Shown here piece by piece: positions 1-12,062 of a DNA stretch of 32,684 nt (positions are counted from its first letter, which is position 1; every line of letters starts with the position of its first letter). The translations under genes and the position numbers were made by a program. Under the pieces are notes generated by a model, which was not told the origin of the DNA, did no database searches, and was given only the letters and a program-made list of their open reading frames with translations. The DNA is from Atractiella rhizophila (lineage: Eukaryota): assembly GCA_021432655.1 (NCBI GenBank), contig MU271307.1, positions 1 to 32,684 on the forward strand. The letters run 5' to 3'.

Positions 1-2
1 GA

Positions 3-56
3 TAGGGCTACCCAGCCGTACCGTAGCGGTACGGACGGTTGCGGTGGACAGCCCTA
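3..56. mobile_element. 54-bp minimal hAT-like foldback remnant
   Basis: TAGGGCT (3-9) ... AGCCCTA (50-56) inverted ends; internal hairpin ccgtaccg-tag-cggtacgg (16-34); shares the ggacggttgc motif with the hAT end at 12990-13169. TSD cannot be tested at the window edge. Confidence 0.55.
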
Positions 57-238
57 TTTGAGCTTCCTTCGAGTCCAAAAGTGGGTACTCCTACTGCGTC
101 GTTTTCGCGACATTTCCCAGAGCTTCCTGCAACGCATTCAAGGATAGAAATATATTCAAACCAGGCTTAGAAAGCAACATTTTCCTTTAGGCTGTCGACT
201 TCTACCATCTTAATTTTTCCTGCCGCTAAGGAAATATC

Positions 239-1609
239 ATGTCATCCTCTGCATCTGCAGCAGATCTAAGTCTTACTGTCGAAGAACAGCTCGACCTCGC
301 TCTTGAAACTGCAGCTCTAGAGAGAACTCTTTCAGCTAGCCATATCTATCTCACAGGTTGTCACATGTGACGATCGCTGAACTGGAGAACAGCATGTTTT
401 GCCCTCTATGGCTGGGACTTCATCATTACTTTCCCGGACGAATACAGAGCCATGTGGAAGGCGGAACGATGGACATCAGTCCGAGTGTCATTCTTCTTCA
501 ACCGGTATCTCTCATCTCTCTCTTTGGCGTGAACCTAATGTGACACATGCAGCTACTGGGGCCTTTTAGTTTTTGTCCTGGCTATGTGTCTGTTCTGGTT
601 CGAATTCACCCCAAAAACATGCGACAGGATTCACATTCTCAAACCTATTGCAGTCACCATTCTTCTTTGTGTGTCCTCCTAATGTAAGGCATAATAAACT
701 GATACAACAAGGACCCAGTGAACTGCGAGTTCCTCCTTGGTGCAAGAGTGTGGGTGATGTGGAACCGTCGGAAATGGGTTGCTTACTTCTTTTGGCTATT
801 CGCCATGGCTGGTACAACTGTCCAGTTCTGGTCGTTTTCTCAGAGCAAGGCAATGGAGTTGTACGTCTCATCCCATCTCGTCTTTGAGTGATGGGACAGA
901 AATCCTGATAAGTCCCCTAGACTGCCTGGCTTGAGGGGGTGTATCTCAGTTGTTAGGGTAGGCCAGAAGTGATTTGCCATCCTCGTATGAAGGAAGCTGA
1001 TGCTTTACTGGAGCTATGCATGGATTTATTGGTTTGTGTCCTCTTCGGGCAGGATCCTGTCGCTGATGGAAACACAGGGTCCCCCTTCTCCTTTATGACA
1101 CGACTGCAACGATATTCATGCTAGTGTCAGTCCCTGGCTCCTCCATCTGATTGTTTCTAAGTCGGCAACAGATCGCTCATCGCCCGGCGGCAGAATGGGC
1201 AGCTCAATCTCCTCCTCTCCGTCTTCATCCGTGATGGCGTCCTATACTTCGTCATCGTATCAATTTGCAACCTGATTAACGTGGGTGTTCTTCTCGTTCG
1301 TATTCCTCTTCACATCTTTCATACCAATTTCACTCTGAACTGACTTACACCTGCAACGTAACGCAGTCTCCCTGCAGAACGCAACCCAACATTGAACTGT
1401 CCGCTACCCTAACATTCACAACAATAATGGCTTCGCGCATAGTCCTCCACCTCCGATTTGTGTCAAAATCAATTGATGGCGATGGCAGTAGCCGCAGTTC
1501 CCCTCATGGATGTAACGATACGCTTCCAAAGTTTCGCAGTTTTAATATCCATGAACCGCCCGACACTGAACTTCAGAGTGAAGAGCGGCGAATCGAGGAG
1601 AAGTTATAG
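239..1609 (+). CDS. Multi-exon integral membrane protein, DUF6533-like family
   Basis: Spliced translation from ATG 239 gives LYGWDFIITFPDEYRAMWKAERWTSVRVSFFFNRY, GARVWVMWNR, LLLYDT, FIRDGVLYF and IMASRIVLHLR, the motif series of this basidiomycete family. Exact exon borders and stop approximate. Confidence 0.8.
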
Positions 1610-2257
1610 GTTATTATCCAGGTGTGATGATTGATATCGAAGTAGAGACGAAGATGGGAACAGGGCAGGTGTGCTACTCATTGCATGCTGATTAAGCATA
1701 CTCATGGGAAGGATAGACTTGAGACTGTGGAAGAGAATTCGAATGCCTCGAGGTTGACTGTTGTTCATGAGAAAGTGTTGTAGTGTTGTACTATCCAGCC
1801 GTAATTTATGGAGGTTTTGCCTTGTTGTTGCCTATATTTTGTTTTGTGCTGCCTGTTTTGCATGTAATTTCGTCCTGTGGTGCTTACGCATCTGTAAAAT
1901 TGTTTTTTCCTCAGTTCGCCGCCCGGAGGTCCTTGGAGGCGCACACGAGGAGTTCAGTCGCCCCCTGGCGGAGCCAAGATTCAGCGATCTCCACGTCTCC
2001 AGGAGCCTCCACGGTCCTCACGGAATAGTAAGGCCCGTTGGAGGCTTTTTGCAAAACGTACACTCCTTTTCTCATTTACTCCTTTGCTCCTATGCCTGTC
2101 ACGCTCTCTAGCTGTTCTGGAAGTTGTAATAAGACGATATATACCTGAAAATTATACAACCGCAATTTTATATACAATTTGCACCGATCTATGCCAATAT
2201 TTCACACTAGAAAAAGAGTAAGAATCTTGAGTACACAGATAAATAAACGGCATACCT

Positions 2258-4010
2258 TTAATCGTCTTCGCTAGCATCAGCTGCATCGCTTTCCATCATG
2301 AAGTAGTCCTCCCAATCTGGTTCCCCTTCCTCCTTTCTATCCAGCCATAGTTAATGTGAGGTTCGCCTCTTGAACTGAGTGACCCACGAGTCAATCACGT
2401 TGAAGAAGAGGAGAGCTGAGAGCTCAAGAGCAATTATCTTTGTGACTGTTCTGAATCATTTTGGTGCAATTTGTGTCTTCAGTACAAAACACGGTAGGAT
2501 GGTCTACCAACTGGAGCATACTATAGCAATGATGAAACTATCATGCTCATAAGAAAGCTGTGCAGTTCCACAGAAGGGGACTGGCCTGAGAGAGTCTGAT
2601 CCCCCACAGACAGAACAAGAGGACAACAGAGACAACGATGGGATGGACGACTTCTCTATAAAGCTTACGTGTGAACATCAGGGCATCAGTCGATGATGGT
2701 GCCATCTTAACCTCCCTGTTAGGGCTGACACTCCGTAAGCTATAGTAGGGGGCCTGCCAAGTAGAGTGGATATTCTAAGAAAACCAATCTGGATATCTCA
2801 CTCCATTGGCAGGGGTATTTATACACAGACAGTACAAGTGGGACCATTGTGTTGACGTGGAATCCAGCAAGTTTCGTTGGGTCCATGACCACCGACCGCT
2901 TTTTGGTTCGGAGCCAGATATGAAGAATGGCACAAATTTCGGGGTCATTCTGTAGCCCATACATTTTTATATCCTACATACATCATGTCAGTCCTTATCA
3001 ACTGTCAAGACAAACTGACCTCTGTTTGACACCGGCAACTCACCTGTCTCCTCGAAATGAGAAGCCCATAAACGCATACACCGTGCACCATGTGTGAGTC
3101 CGAATTGATGTGATGCTGCCCACAAGCTGTGATGCCTCTACTTTAGTGCGGGTGATTCAATTGGGGACACTTCTTCGTCTGATCTCTTTGCCGGTGTGAC
3201 AGGACGTGAATCGCAAGTGAGTATGATGTTGTTGGAGTCTGAGAAAATGGAAAGGCTTGTGAGGAAGAGTTAGGCATAGAGGATATGGTGGGAGAGTATA
3301 GTGAAGGTAGGAAGGAGTTGACAGGAGAGGGGCCAGTGAGATGTAGGGAGAGAGATCTTCTTGTTCATCCTCATCATCAGTCAGTACATTGATTACATCG
3401 TCATGTGTTGTGTAAAGTGAGGATAGCCATGACAAAGGTGGCTCTCGAAGAGGTTTGAACAGGTTATGAATTCACTTACAGCCACTAAAAGTAGGAGTTA
3501 ACACAGATGACAGATGTTTTAAAGACTTACTGTTGCCTTACGTCATTGTATTTGTTTCTGTGCCACATTGAAGTCCATGCTTTTAATGTTGCTCCATCAC
3601 TATATCCCTGGGTCCTCAGCTTGCCCTGCCACTTCTTTCCCTCAGTCCAAGCATTCTTATCCTCTGCCCAGCTCATAAGGTCGTCATAGACTGATCCCCG
3701 GAGGTCATCCTTAGCTTGCAGCAGCAGGGCTCGTTGTTCCCTTCTGTCTCGTGCCTCCTCTTCCTCGCTGTCTATCTTAATCTCCCCATCATCGGTCTCT
3801 TCCTCTTCCTCCTCCTCACTATCCAACTGGCCTGAACCACTAACATTGGTTAGAAGGGATCTGGAGATCATTTCTCAGTGCTTATGACTGTGCCTTCATC
3901 CACCATCAAAGATGAAAGGCCATCTTCCTCATTACGCTTGGCTTTTCATGGACAAAGTTGGCAAGGAGTTTGTTGGCATCATATGAGGCAAAGCACTATC
4001 CATGTGGTGT
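2258..4010 (-). pseudogene. Decayed gene of unknown family (possibly TE-derived)
   Basis: Protein-like reading segments (GYRMTPKFVPFFISGSEP...RYPDWFS*NIHSTWQAPYYSL...; acidic ORF 3527-3871) broken by stops and frameshifts; looks CpG-poor by eye. Confidence 0.4.
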
Positions 4011-5098
4011 GAAGACAGTGAGAATACCAATGGAAATTTGCTGATGAAGTTCCTGAGGTTAGCGCAGCTTGTGATGATTTCCTCTCAATCTAGATATTCC
4101 ACTAATTTACAGTAATTTAATGACGATTTTACATAGGAAAAAAAGCAAATACGTTAAAAATTGTTTCCAAAAAAATTTGGCCACCTCAAAAGTGGGTAGG
4201 GACTAGTTTTTTGACCCTCTCTAGTGCTCCCTTCACCCCTACTGTACCCAGCTTTTCCTCTTCAGAAAAGGCATACACCATGAAACAAATCATCATCTCC
4301 TGCCACCTCCCCTCCTTTAAGGCCACAAAACCACTTCGACCAACCCACCTCCCTCTCTGCCCTCGCTCTGACACATCCGCTAACCGACCCGTCCACAGGA
4401 CTGCTCCAGCTGCACTATCTGGATAAAAGCGAAAGGAGAGGGAAGTGGGGGAGAGTCGATGCGGTCTTCACTCTTGTGCAGACCGAGTGCGGCATTTAGA
4501 ATGTGGGTTGGGAGCCTACATGGTACATTAGGTGGTGCTACGTGAAGGCAACAGCTAGGCCTCTTCACCATCCTGTCCTGTTGAATTTCGTCTTATGATG
4601 GTAATGGGACAGGTGCAATCCGTCCTGCACAACCTGTCCGCATTGTTGCCCAACTTCCTTTGATGGTGACGGAACGGTAGACAGACAGCATGTTGTCCAG
4701 ACGGACAGTTGAAGCAGTCATCATCATATCAAGGGGTGAGGAGGAGCAAGAATCCATGCATGATGCTAACCTATACACAGCTCTTCCAATGTACAACAAT
4801 GCCATCAATTTTCAATTGATGTCCATATCAATGTTAATGATTTCTTGTGCAGAAGGAATAGTGGAAGCCTCAAAGAGCCATTGCAAAATAACCCACCATT
4901 TTGATGCTTTCGGCCGCCAAACTTTTGTAATTGCGTGTAGCTTCTATCGCAAATCTTGCCAAAACTAAAGCGTCGGGCAGAGCCGCGGAAACCGCGAACC
5001 TCAAAAGTTGTCGACCAGTTTGCCAGATCGACCCAGTTCGCGCCACCTAGGCCCATTCCCAATTATTCGGCCTCGAGCTGTCCGCTGCTCATCGAGAT

Positions 5099-5771
5099 GG
5101 CTACGGGGAGAGCGATAACTGAAGCAGCAAGACTGGCTCTCAGGAGCCCACTGCTGGCAGTAAATTTACGCCTTCAAATCCCATTACTTGTAATTAGAAA
5201 ACTCAACATTTTATCTTTATTTTAATTAGTAAAGTGAAATTACCACTGCTCCTTAAACGGCGAACATCTGTTCTTGTCTAAGGACGCAACGTCAGGCCAC
5301 TCCAGGATCGCATCTACTATTACGAACCGGTGCCGAGGATTTCATTCCTATACACACCAGACTTCAATCGAAGATGACAGAGCGAAAAGTGCCGACGGCG
5401 AAAAGCACGGCATGCAACAACGATGACACTCACTGGGAGAATATGGGTACATCGACAACAGCGCAACTTCTCGGTCCACATTCCAAGCTTACAACGACGT
5501 ATCCTAAGTGATCTAATGACCACACAAGTTCCTTGCCTCTTCCTCCCTCGTCGAGACTTGAATTAGCGGCTAAAGCCCTGATTGAGTCCATTGGATGCCC
5601 AGACCCATAAAAATATGAGGAAGTAAATGATATTTAAAGCACCTTGCCATCCCCAAACACTCTGTAAGACCTGTCGGATCCAGCAAGGTGAAGAAAAAAT
5701 ATTGAGTGCCTTAAGCAGTAGCCCAGACCCTGGGGTTAAATGAAAATCTCCAATTGTGTGAGTCATACCTT
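5099..5771. ncRNA. Structured non-coding repeat, copy 1 (with an AT-rich insertion at 5156-5242)
   Basis: Colinear with 19543-20141 (same orientation) and 32232-32684 (inverted); no conserved reading frame; conserved hairpins; core 5636-5696 is 60/61 identical to each other copy. Confidence 0.6.
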
Positions 5772-5979
5772 TTGAGATTGCAGTTTCGATTGACATTTAA
5801 ATATTTGTGGAAGCCTCGGAGGTGATAATGATTTCCACAGTATGGTATGAAAGTGGGTATGAAACTCCCTCGATCAAATGTTATGCACCGATTAAGCCGG
5901 TGCGGTACGAATAAAATGCAGACGTTTGGGCTGAACGAGTTGGACTATTGGTGAATCAAGGCTTGCACCCGCGACGTTC

Positions 5980-7573
5980 CATGGGATCCCGCACCCACTT
6001 ACAAGTGTTCATCACCTCCAGCAGCAGTTAACCCTATCGATCCCGCTCAGCTCTGGTCTTGGACGGGCGGAAAGGAACATTCCAGCAGACCAATGGAGAG
6101 TACTTTAGTCCGGACATCAAGTTTTCGGTGTGCCCTAGGCTCAGCAACACGACTGTTTCCCCTGGAGATTTGGTTCACTGCCATATTCACCTGACCCCAA
6201 CACGATGTCAGCGAGTATGAAAGGTGGATATCATTTTTTCTGGCATTAGCACCGTCGATGCGGAGTGGTTGCTTCGTGACAAGGAGACCAGAACCCCACA
6301 CCTTTTTCAGCTTGGGAAACCGGTCATTCCCAAAGAACGCCAGCCATTTTGCGAATGGAGTTTCCAGTTCGAGGTGCCTCGTCATACGAACTGCGAATGC
6401 CCCAGACCCCAAGTTCCCGTTCCACCGACACGTCAAGACGCAAAATTTAAGATCAACTATTCGATCCAGCTCATATGGCGGAGGAACGAACGCCGAGGCG
6501 AGATTTCGTTAACTTTTATAGTATGGTACAACGAGGACATCTTGTCTTCTCAACGGCAACAAGATTGGTAACGAATGTTGGGCCAGATGGTTTTTGGAAC
6601 TCTGCGCAGTCCGCCCCTTGACCCTCGCCAACCAAATCGTGCCACTTGCTAAGGTGGGTTCTTCCCCGGGGATGGCTGTATGCCTATGGATGCACCTTGT
6701 CACGCCAAAAGCTTCGCCTACCACGATCTTCCTTAATTACCATTTCTTGATACACCTTTACGGTACCCCTTATGTTGCGAACGGCAAGCTCAACTCGCTC
6801 ATGGAGAGACTTCAGATTTCGTCGTCGCAGCGACTAGTTTTACGGAGAACGGGGACGGCCACAGTTTTACCAATTACGAAAGTTGGCGTGGGAATTTCTG
6901 GCATTGACCTATGCTCGACGTGGAAGATGGAAGGGCATATTGAAATTACAGAAGAAAATCATCTCGTCTGGGATAGCTGCAATGCTAAAATGCAGGTGGG
7001 CTGCTTCCAGTTAGTCTTGTTGCATTTGACTGATCGTATCTGTATTAGTTGGTTCTACCCGCCGCTTTATCTTATCTTGCCCTCTCCTCTGATGTCACCA
7101 TTGAGAGTCCCATCGACGACTTCGGGGCGATCGTGGTCGATGTAGACCAAGGTGTGTTCACTGAACTACCTTACGATGGATCCTTTACGGTCGCCTTCAC
7201 CACATCAGAAACGAAGGCTCCGTCTTCCCTCATTCCCGAGTCGCTCCACTTCCCAATACAGCATTTTTCTTTGACGACGCAGGCGCGACACAGCAATGCA
7301 GCCTTCAGCAGCTGCCCCACTGACATTGCGCTGATTGAATTGAAGAAAGATGCTCATTCTCTTTATGTCCAACGCACCAAATCATTCATGTCATACCAAA
7401 CTGAAGACACCGGCCCGGATACATGCTTTGAATTCAGCCATGACCTCCTCGCCCGTATGCATCACGAGCTGCACCGCGGAGCATCATCCGCTCCCAATTT
7501 TGTTTCTTTCAAGCCAACTTCGAGCGACGCTGAGGCTGTGCAGGATTTTAGCTCCTTTCCCAGAAAACTCTAG
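5980..7573 (+). CDS. Hypothetical multi-exon protein with weak arrestin-N-like segment
   Basis: ORFs 6224-6571 (EWSFQFEVP...PVPPT...KINYSIQLIWRR, arrestin-like pattern) and 7049-7573; start and exon structure uncertain. Confidence 0.4.
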
Positions 7574-7650
7574 CGATCCCACTCCAGTAATAGAGATATC
7601 GCTGGAGCGTTCGCTCATGAATCCCTTTGCAATGATTTTGCACAACTACA

Positions 7651-8049
7651 TCAGGAAAACCAGTTTTTGGAGACTTCGTTCATGGATCTTATAGATGCAC
7701 TCCTTGCCAGCGAGGAGGGAGGACAAGCTGTCGCATCAGCCGAGTTTTTTGTTGCAAAGAGGTATGCGTCGAGACGGGCTTTCAGTCTCCCGACATATGC
7801 AGTAGCGATACTTGCTCTTCCTTTTCGTTCGCCCGACCGGTCGCCCTCGGGATCCAACATTGCATCGGTAATTGCGGCTTTTGCTTTGGTACGGGCAATA
7901 GAGAAGATATCCGTCTCGAGATCCGTTGAGAGGGCTACTCCAATAGAGAGACACTTAATCTTCTCCTTGAGCTTCGCGTAAGCATCAGACTTCTCAACTC
8001 TGCTCATCTCGCCCGTCTCCTCGCCCAGGCACCTCGTGCTCTCTCCCAC
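7651..8049 (-). CDS. Orphan 132-aa ORF/fragment abutting the truncated hAT
   Basis: Open frame with protein-like composition; no family recognised. Confidence 0.25.
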   Translation of the reverse strand: MGESTRCLGEETGEMSRVEKSDAYAKLKEKIKCLSIGVALSTDLETDIFSIARTKAKAAITDAMLDPEGDRSGERKGRASIATAYVGRLKARLDAYLFATKNSADATACPPSSLARSASIRSMNEVSKNWFS

Positions 8050-8089
8050 TCGGAGAGATGTTTATCTAGCGAGGTTGGAACCTCACTGA

Positions 8090-10611
8090 TCACTTCTGTG
8101 GCCTCTGTGTTGAGGAATCCAAATTTGCACGATATTTATTTGCCATCCAAGTCATGACAGACATCATTCGTTCATCTGGCACCGATGTTGGAAGGACTGA
8201 AAAGAGCTTGATCGTGATCTTCGCTAGGGCTGCCACCCCAGCATCTGGGTGATGCACATAGATCTTCCACCAATCTAGTGGTTTATCCTGTTGCAGACGA
8301 AAGCTTCTCCCAAATAAACTGTCTTGTGTCATCCACCTTCGCACTGTCATGTTGAAAATTTGCACTGTTTCTCCGTTTTCATTTTCGCTCGTGATCTCCT
8401 CTTCTGCTGTATGAAGGAGGTGGAGTTCATGTCCAATCCGCCTCTTCAGAGATGGGCTCTCCATCTTAAGAACATTGCTTCTTCCCCAGAAAGGATGGAG
8501 TATGAAGGCAGCAAGGTAGACATCTGTGGGAGATGTATAGATGGATCAACAGGTGGTGTTGTGTGCAGCTATAATCTGATTCCAACGTCGATTGACGATT
8601 TCTCTGATTTTCACTTCAATCTCTTTTAAAACATCTTCTGGTGCCGCCTTTTCAAATACCGTGTGGAGATGGGCAATAATCGCACTCCAATGGAGGAAAA
8701 CATTGGCAAACATAACACTTGTGGCCTGAAGCTCTTTGATTGCACGTGCACAGGGGGCGTACACTTTTATAAGAGTGTTATTTTGCTCTTGGAAGTCAAA
8801 TGAAGCATGGCCTTCAGTAAAAGCTGGTTGAAGTTGACGTTGAGCTTTTGTTGTACAGACGTTGTTTTGAAAGAGATGGTTCCAGTTTCGATAAGGTTGG
8901 AAATGGGGGGAAAGCATCCTTTCATTGAGAGGGCAGTGTCGTCGTTCCCTCCCCACCTTGTAGTTCCAGCGCAGACTAGTAGGCGGCTGATGCCTTCTGC
9001 CTTCGCCCGTTGTTCAAGTGAGTTGTATGCATAAGTGGATTTAGAGAAGAAGCCGACAATAGATGTATTTTCTTTGATAGTCTGGTCAAAGATCTTCACT
9101 TCCTTGGCTATATCTTTCATTGTGTTGTCGAGATGGTGCTCTGGATCAAAGCAGTTGATTATCCATGGCCGTTTTGCCACAAGCTCCGCCGTTGCAACAC
9201 GCACATTCCCAGTGTTGTCATTAACAATCAGGGCAAATTTGCGAAAACCAATCTTCTCCATGTCGGACTCAAGGTCGGAGGCAATGTGCTGTCCGTTGTG
9301 TGACATGAGGTTGTGACTGTGTCCAGCGACGAGAATAGACCGCCGAGAATTGAGGAGTGTTATGTTGGACATGTAGATACTGTCATTGCTGATTGTGGTA
9401 CCACTCTCAAATGAGATTGTAAGGTTTCTTTCATTGCTAAAGAGTGACATCTGATCCGTTCGGACTCTAGCGGCCTCTGTAGGCCACAAAAACTCGGCAA
9501 AACGGGTAGCAGACGGAAGGAGATAGTTGGGATTGATGTGGGAGACAAAATTGCGGAAGAAGTAGTTATCGAGAAGGCGGAATGACAGATTGTTTGTGAG
9601 TATGGCTCTGACCAACCCGTAAGAGGTACGTTGCTCCCAGTATTCCTGAACATAACTATCCAATGTCCCGTCGCTGGACTGAGTAACCGTTATATTCTCA
9701 GCTGAAGGGGGAACAGGAACTGGCAGTGGACCTTGAACTCGGCCTCGTTTTCGTGGACGTCCCTCACGTATCCAGTCCCCAATCACTGTTTCCAACTTGT
9801 CATTCAGATTTCCAACGGCAACCTTCTTTGGGTGAGCATTTGCAAGTGTCCGGATTTCCTCGTTGACATATTCACAGACCGCCATATGCTTCTTCATTAT
9901 TGTAGCTTGGAAGGAACCGTAGCTTTTTGCACAACCGTTCGGCCTGCCAATGCATAACCAGTTGTTGCCATCGTCATATCAAGCATGTCGGGTGATGGGG
10001 TCTTTGGACTTGCCACCAGTATGTACATGTTTTTGAGATGTCGGAGCAGTTGAGTCACTTCTTGCCGCTGTCCTCAGCTTCGTCGACTCTCCATCCTCGT
10101 CATCACTGGAGGAAATTTCGATTGTCTTCCGCTTTTGGTTCTTTGGTACGCTCTGCTTTTCAAAAATGGTCCCTAACTGACCGAAACTCGTTACGGATGG
10201 TGATGGGCCCACACTCTCCCTTTAATTCTGGTCAGTCTCCATTCCCTTTGTGTACAGGAATACTCACACTATCTCCTCTACCGTCTTTAGCAGCTTCTCC
10301 ATGAAGATTAAAAGCAGCCCACAGCTGTTCATATCTGCCAGCTCCTTATAATGACCCTTCAGAGCCCGAACAACTCTCTCCAGTCCATGCTTGCCTTGTT
10401 TGATCTTCGCAGCGGGAAAAGTCGCTGATGCCTGGTTTCCTTGGAAGCATCCCATGAGATGAGGATCCAGGGACTCGAAATCTCTTGAACCCACTGGAAG
10501 TGTTGAGCAAACCGCATTATAGTGGGATGATGATGCTTCTTCGAGGTGAAGAGGAAGCCTTATGCTTAGTCTTATAAGGGCTGTTAGAGCTGCTTCGAAA
10601 TCTGCATCCAT
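8090..10611 (-). pseudogene. hAT transposase pseudogene (BED-like finger, DUF659-type core, dimerisation domain)
   Basis: WLCIGRPNGC...KKHMAVC finger; NLSFRLLDNYFFR; NDNTGN; DPEHHLDN; GTTRWG; YLAAFILHP; WWK...LAKITIKLFSVLPTSVPDERMMS. In-frame stop at 9979-9981, frameshifts near 8840 and 8480, intron near 10220-10266; 3' end truncated near 8100. Confidence 0.85.
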
Positions 10612-10858
10612 GAGAGAGATGTTTTGGGGAGAAGGAAAGGGGAGCGGTCTACAAGTTGTTGAGGAAGGGAATGTTCAAAAGGTGGCTGTGCAGAGTGTTC
10701 TTAGGAATTTTAGAGCTTCACAAGCTTCAAATTGCGTCAGGAGCTGGTAAATGTGTTTGCAATCAGAACCACGGAACTCACGACCAATTTGTCCCAATCG
10801 AACCAAAAAACCATCTTTGTGAGAACTCTCAGTATTGAACTGAATCATACTATGTGTT

Positions 10859-10926
10859 ATCAGGATCCTTAACAGATCAAGATCCTTAACAGATCAACAT
10901 CCTTAACAGATCAGGATCCTTAACAC
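10859..10926. repeat. Tandem repeat, 4 x 17 bp (ATCAGGATCCTTAACAG consensus)
   Basis: Units start at 10859, 10876, 10893 and 10910, each with 0-2 substitutions. Confidence 0.95.
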
Positions 10927-11360
10927 CATATAGTAAACTTCTTCAATTTTTCATCAACATCTTAGATATTTCAGATTCTTTATGATCTAATGTATACACA
11001 ACTTTTCTCCAGCAAGGTCAAAACAAACCATGTAGATCTCTTTGTGATATCAGGGGAGTATCATTATATAAAACAACATTAAATGTGCCCTTTTCAAATG
11101 ATTGCTGTGGTTTTTTCTCGTGGAGTTCAAGGCCAATAGGTAAAGAATCAAATTACAAGAGCAGGTAAGAATATCACTTGTTCCCTTTGTGCGACATCCT
11201 GTCAAAGTGGCAACCTGCTGGAATCAAGAGGTGCACAAAATCCACAAGTTAAAGTTTATGAACGTAAATCTGACACGCTTTCAAATCATGTGAACTGAGC
11301 CGCTATACGGGCCGTCCGCCTGTTTAAGTGCGGTGTGTGTTGTTTCCACTTTCACCTTCA

Positions 11361-11709
11361 ATGCCTCGTAAATCTAAGAAAGAGACAATAGCTCAGCTCA
11401 AAGCGTGGAAGGAGAGGGATCTGGAGGAGGCAGTTGGTATTTATTGGGATGCACAGGCAAAGGCAAAGGAGATGTAGGACGACAGCTACGCTATTTCTTA
11501 CAGGTTTCTTGCTGGACAGTATAGCTATCCATGTGCTAAAGGTGGCTTCAAGACTATGAATTATGGGACACTTAGGCTCTGTTGCTTAGGGGATCAGACA
11601 CGTGAAGAAAGCCATGGCCATCAGCAGTTGGTGGGAAAAGGAGAGGAATCAGGACTTGTTTCCTGGCTTCAATGGATGGGCGATTCCTCACATCCTCTTC
11701 ATAGGCACA
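11361..11709 (+). pseudogene. pogo/Fot1-type (Tc1/mariner) transposase N-terminal fragment
   Basis: MPRKSKK...YGTLRLCCLGDQTREESHGHQQLVGKGEESGLVSWLQWMGDSSHPL fits the HTH_psq plus CENP-B-type HTH pattern; stop at 11475-11477; no DDE domain follows. Confidence 0.7.
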
Positions 11710-12062
11710 ACCCCCTTCCTTCCTTTCCTCATTTCGAAATTTTGCTTCTGTCAATGCTCGCAGGTTCTCGAGCTCTACCAAAGCGATGGATCTTAGCATG
11801 GAGGTGCACCAAGAAGTGAAGGGTGGCGGTGGAAATGGAGGAAGGAAGGTGGAAGAGAAGGATGATGCTGCATCGGCAGGTCATGGACATGGTATGATGT
11901 GTTTCAGGGAATTTCTGATGAGTATTACTCGTTTTCTTTTCGCAAGTCGGCATGTACAGGGTCCCGTGTGATGTAGTATTCCTGGACCTTGCAAAGAGGG
12001 TGCAATCCTTTAAAAGCTGCCACTGGGTGTACTTCTGTTCCAAGAGCCGTCACTGAACAGTC

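Noticed and set aside
2258..4010. Crypton tyrosine recombinase
   Set aside because: Only vague similarities spread over different frames; no H-x-x-R or catalytic Tyr pattern.
4187..4198. caaaagtgggta repeated at 76-87 and 4187-4198
   Set aside because: 12-nt match is expected by chance and no ncRNA-like copy follows either site.
5636..5696. Conserved core as a coding exon (KAPCHPQTLCKTCRIQQGEE)
   Set aside because: Flanks carry frame-breaking indels and stops, and the core has almost no synonymous variation despite divergence elsewhere; the short shared ORFs 5320-5523, 5563-5796, 19968-20150 and 32329-32619 are by-products.
5099..5771. Assignment to RNase P/MRP, SRP, U1/U2/U3, snR30, group I intron or hammerhead
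   Set aside because: Diagnostic motifs (P4 GAAAGUCCCC pairing, SRP helix 8, ACUUACCU, P7 GACUA/UAGUC, CUGANGA-GAAA with stems) were not found conserved across copies.
6028..6036. Single telomere-like words (also near 1405 and 13237)
   Set aside because: About one repeat unit each; chance level.
10859..10926. CRISPR-like array
   Set aside because: Repeats are contiguous with no spacers; eukaryotic context; no cas genes.
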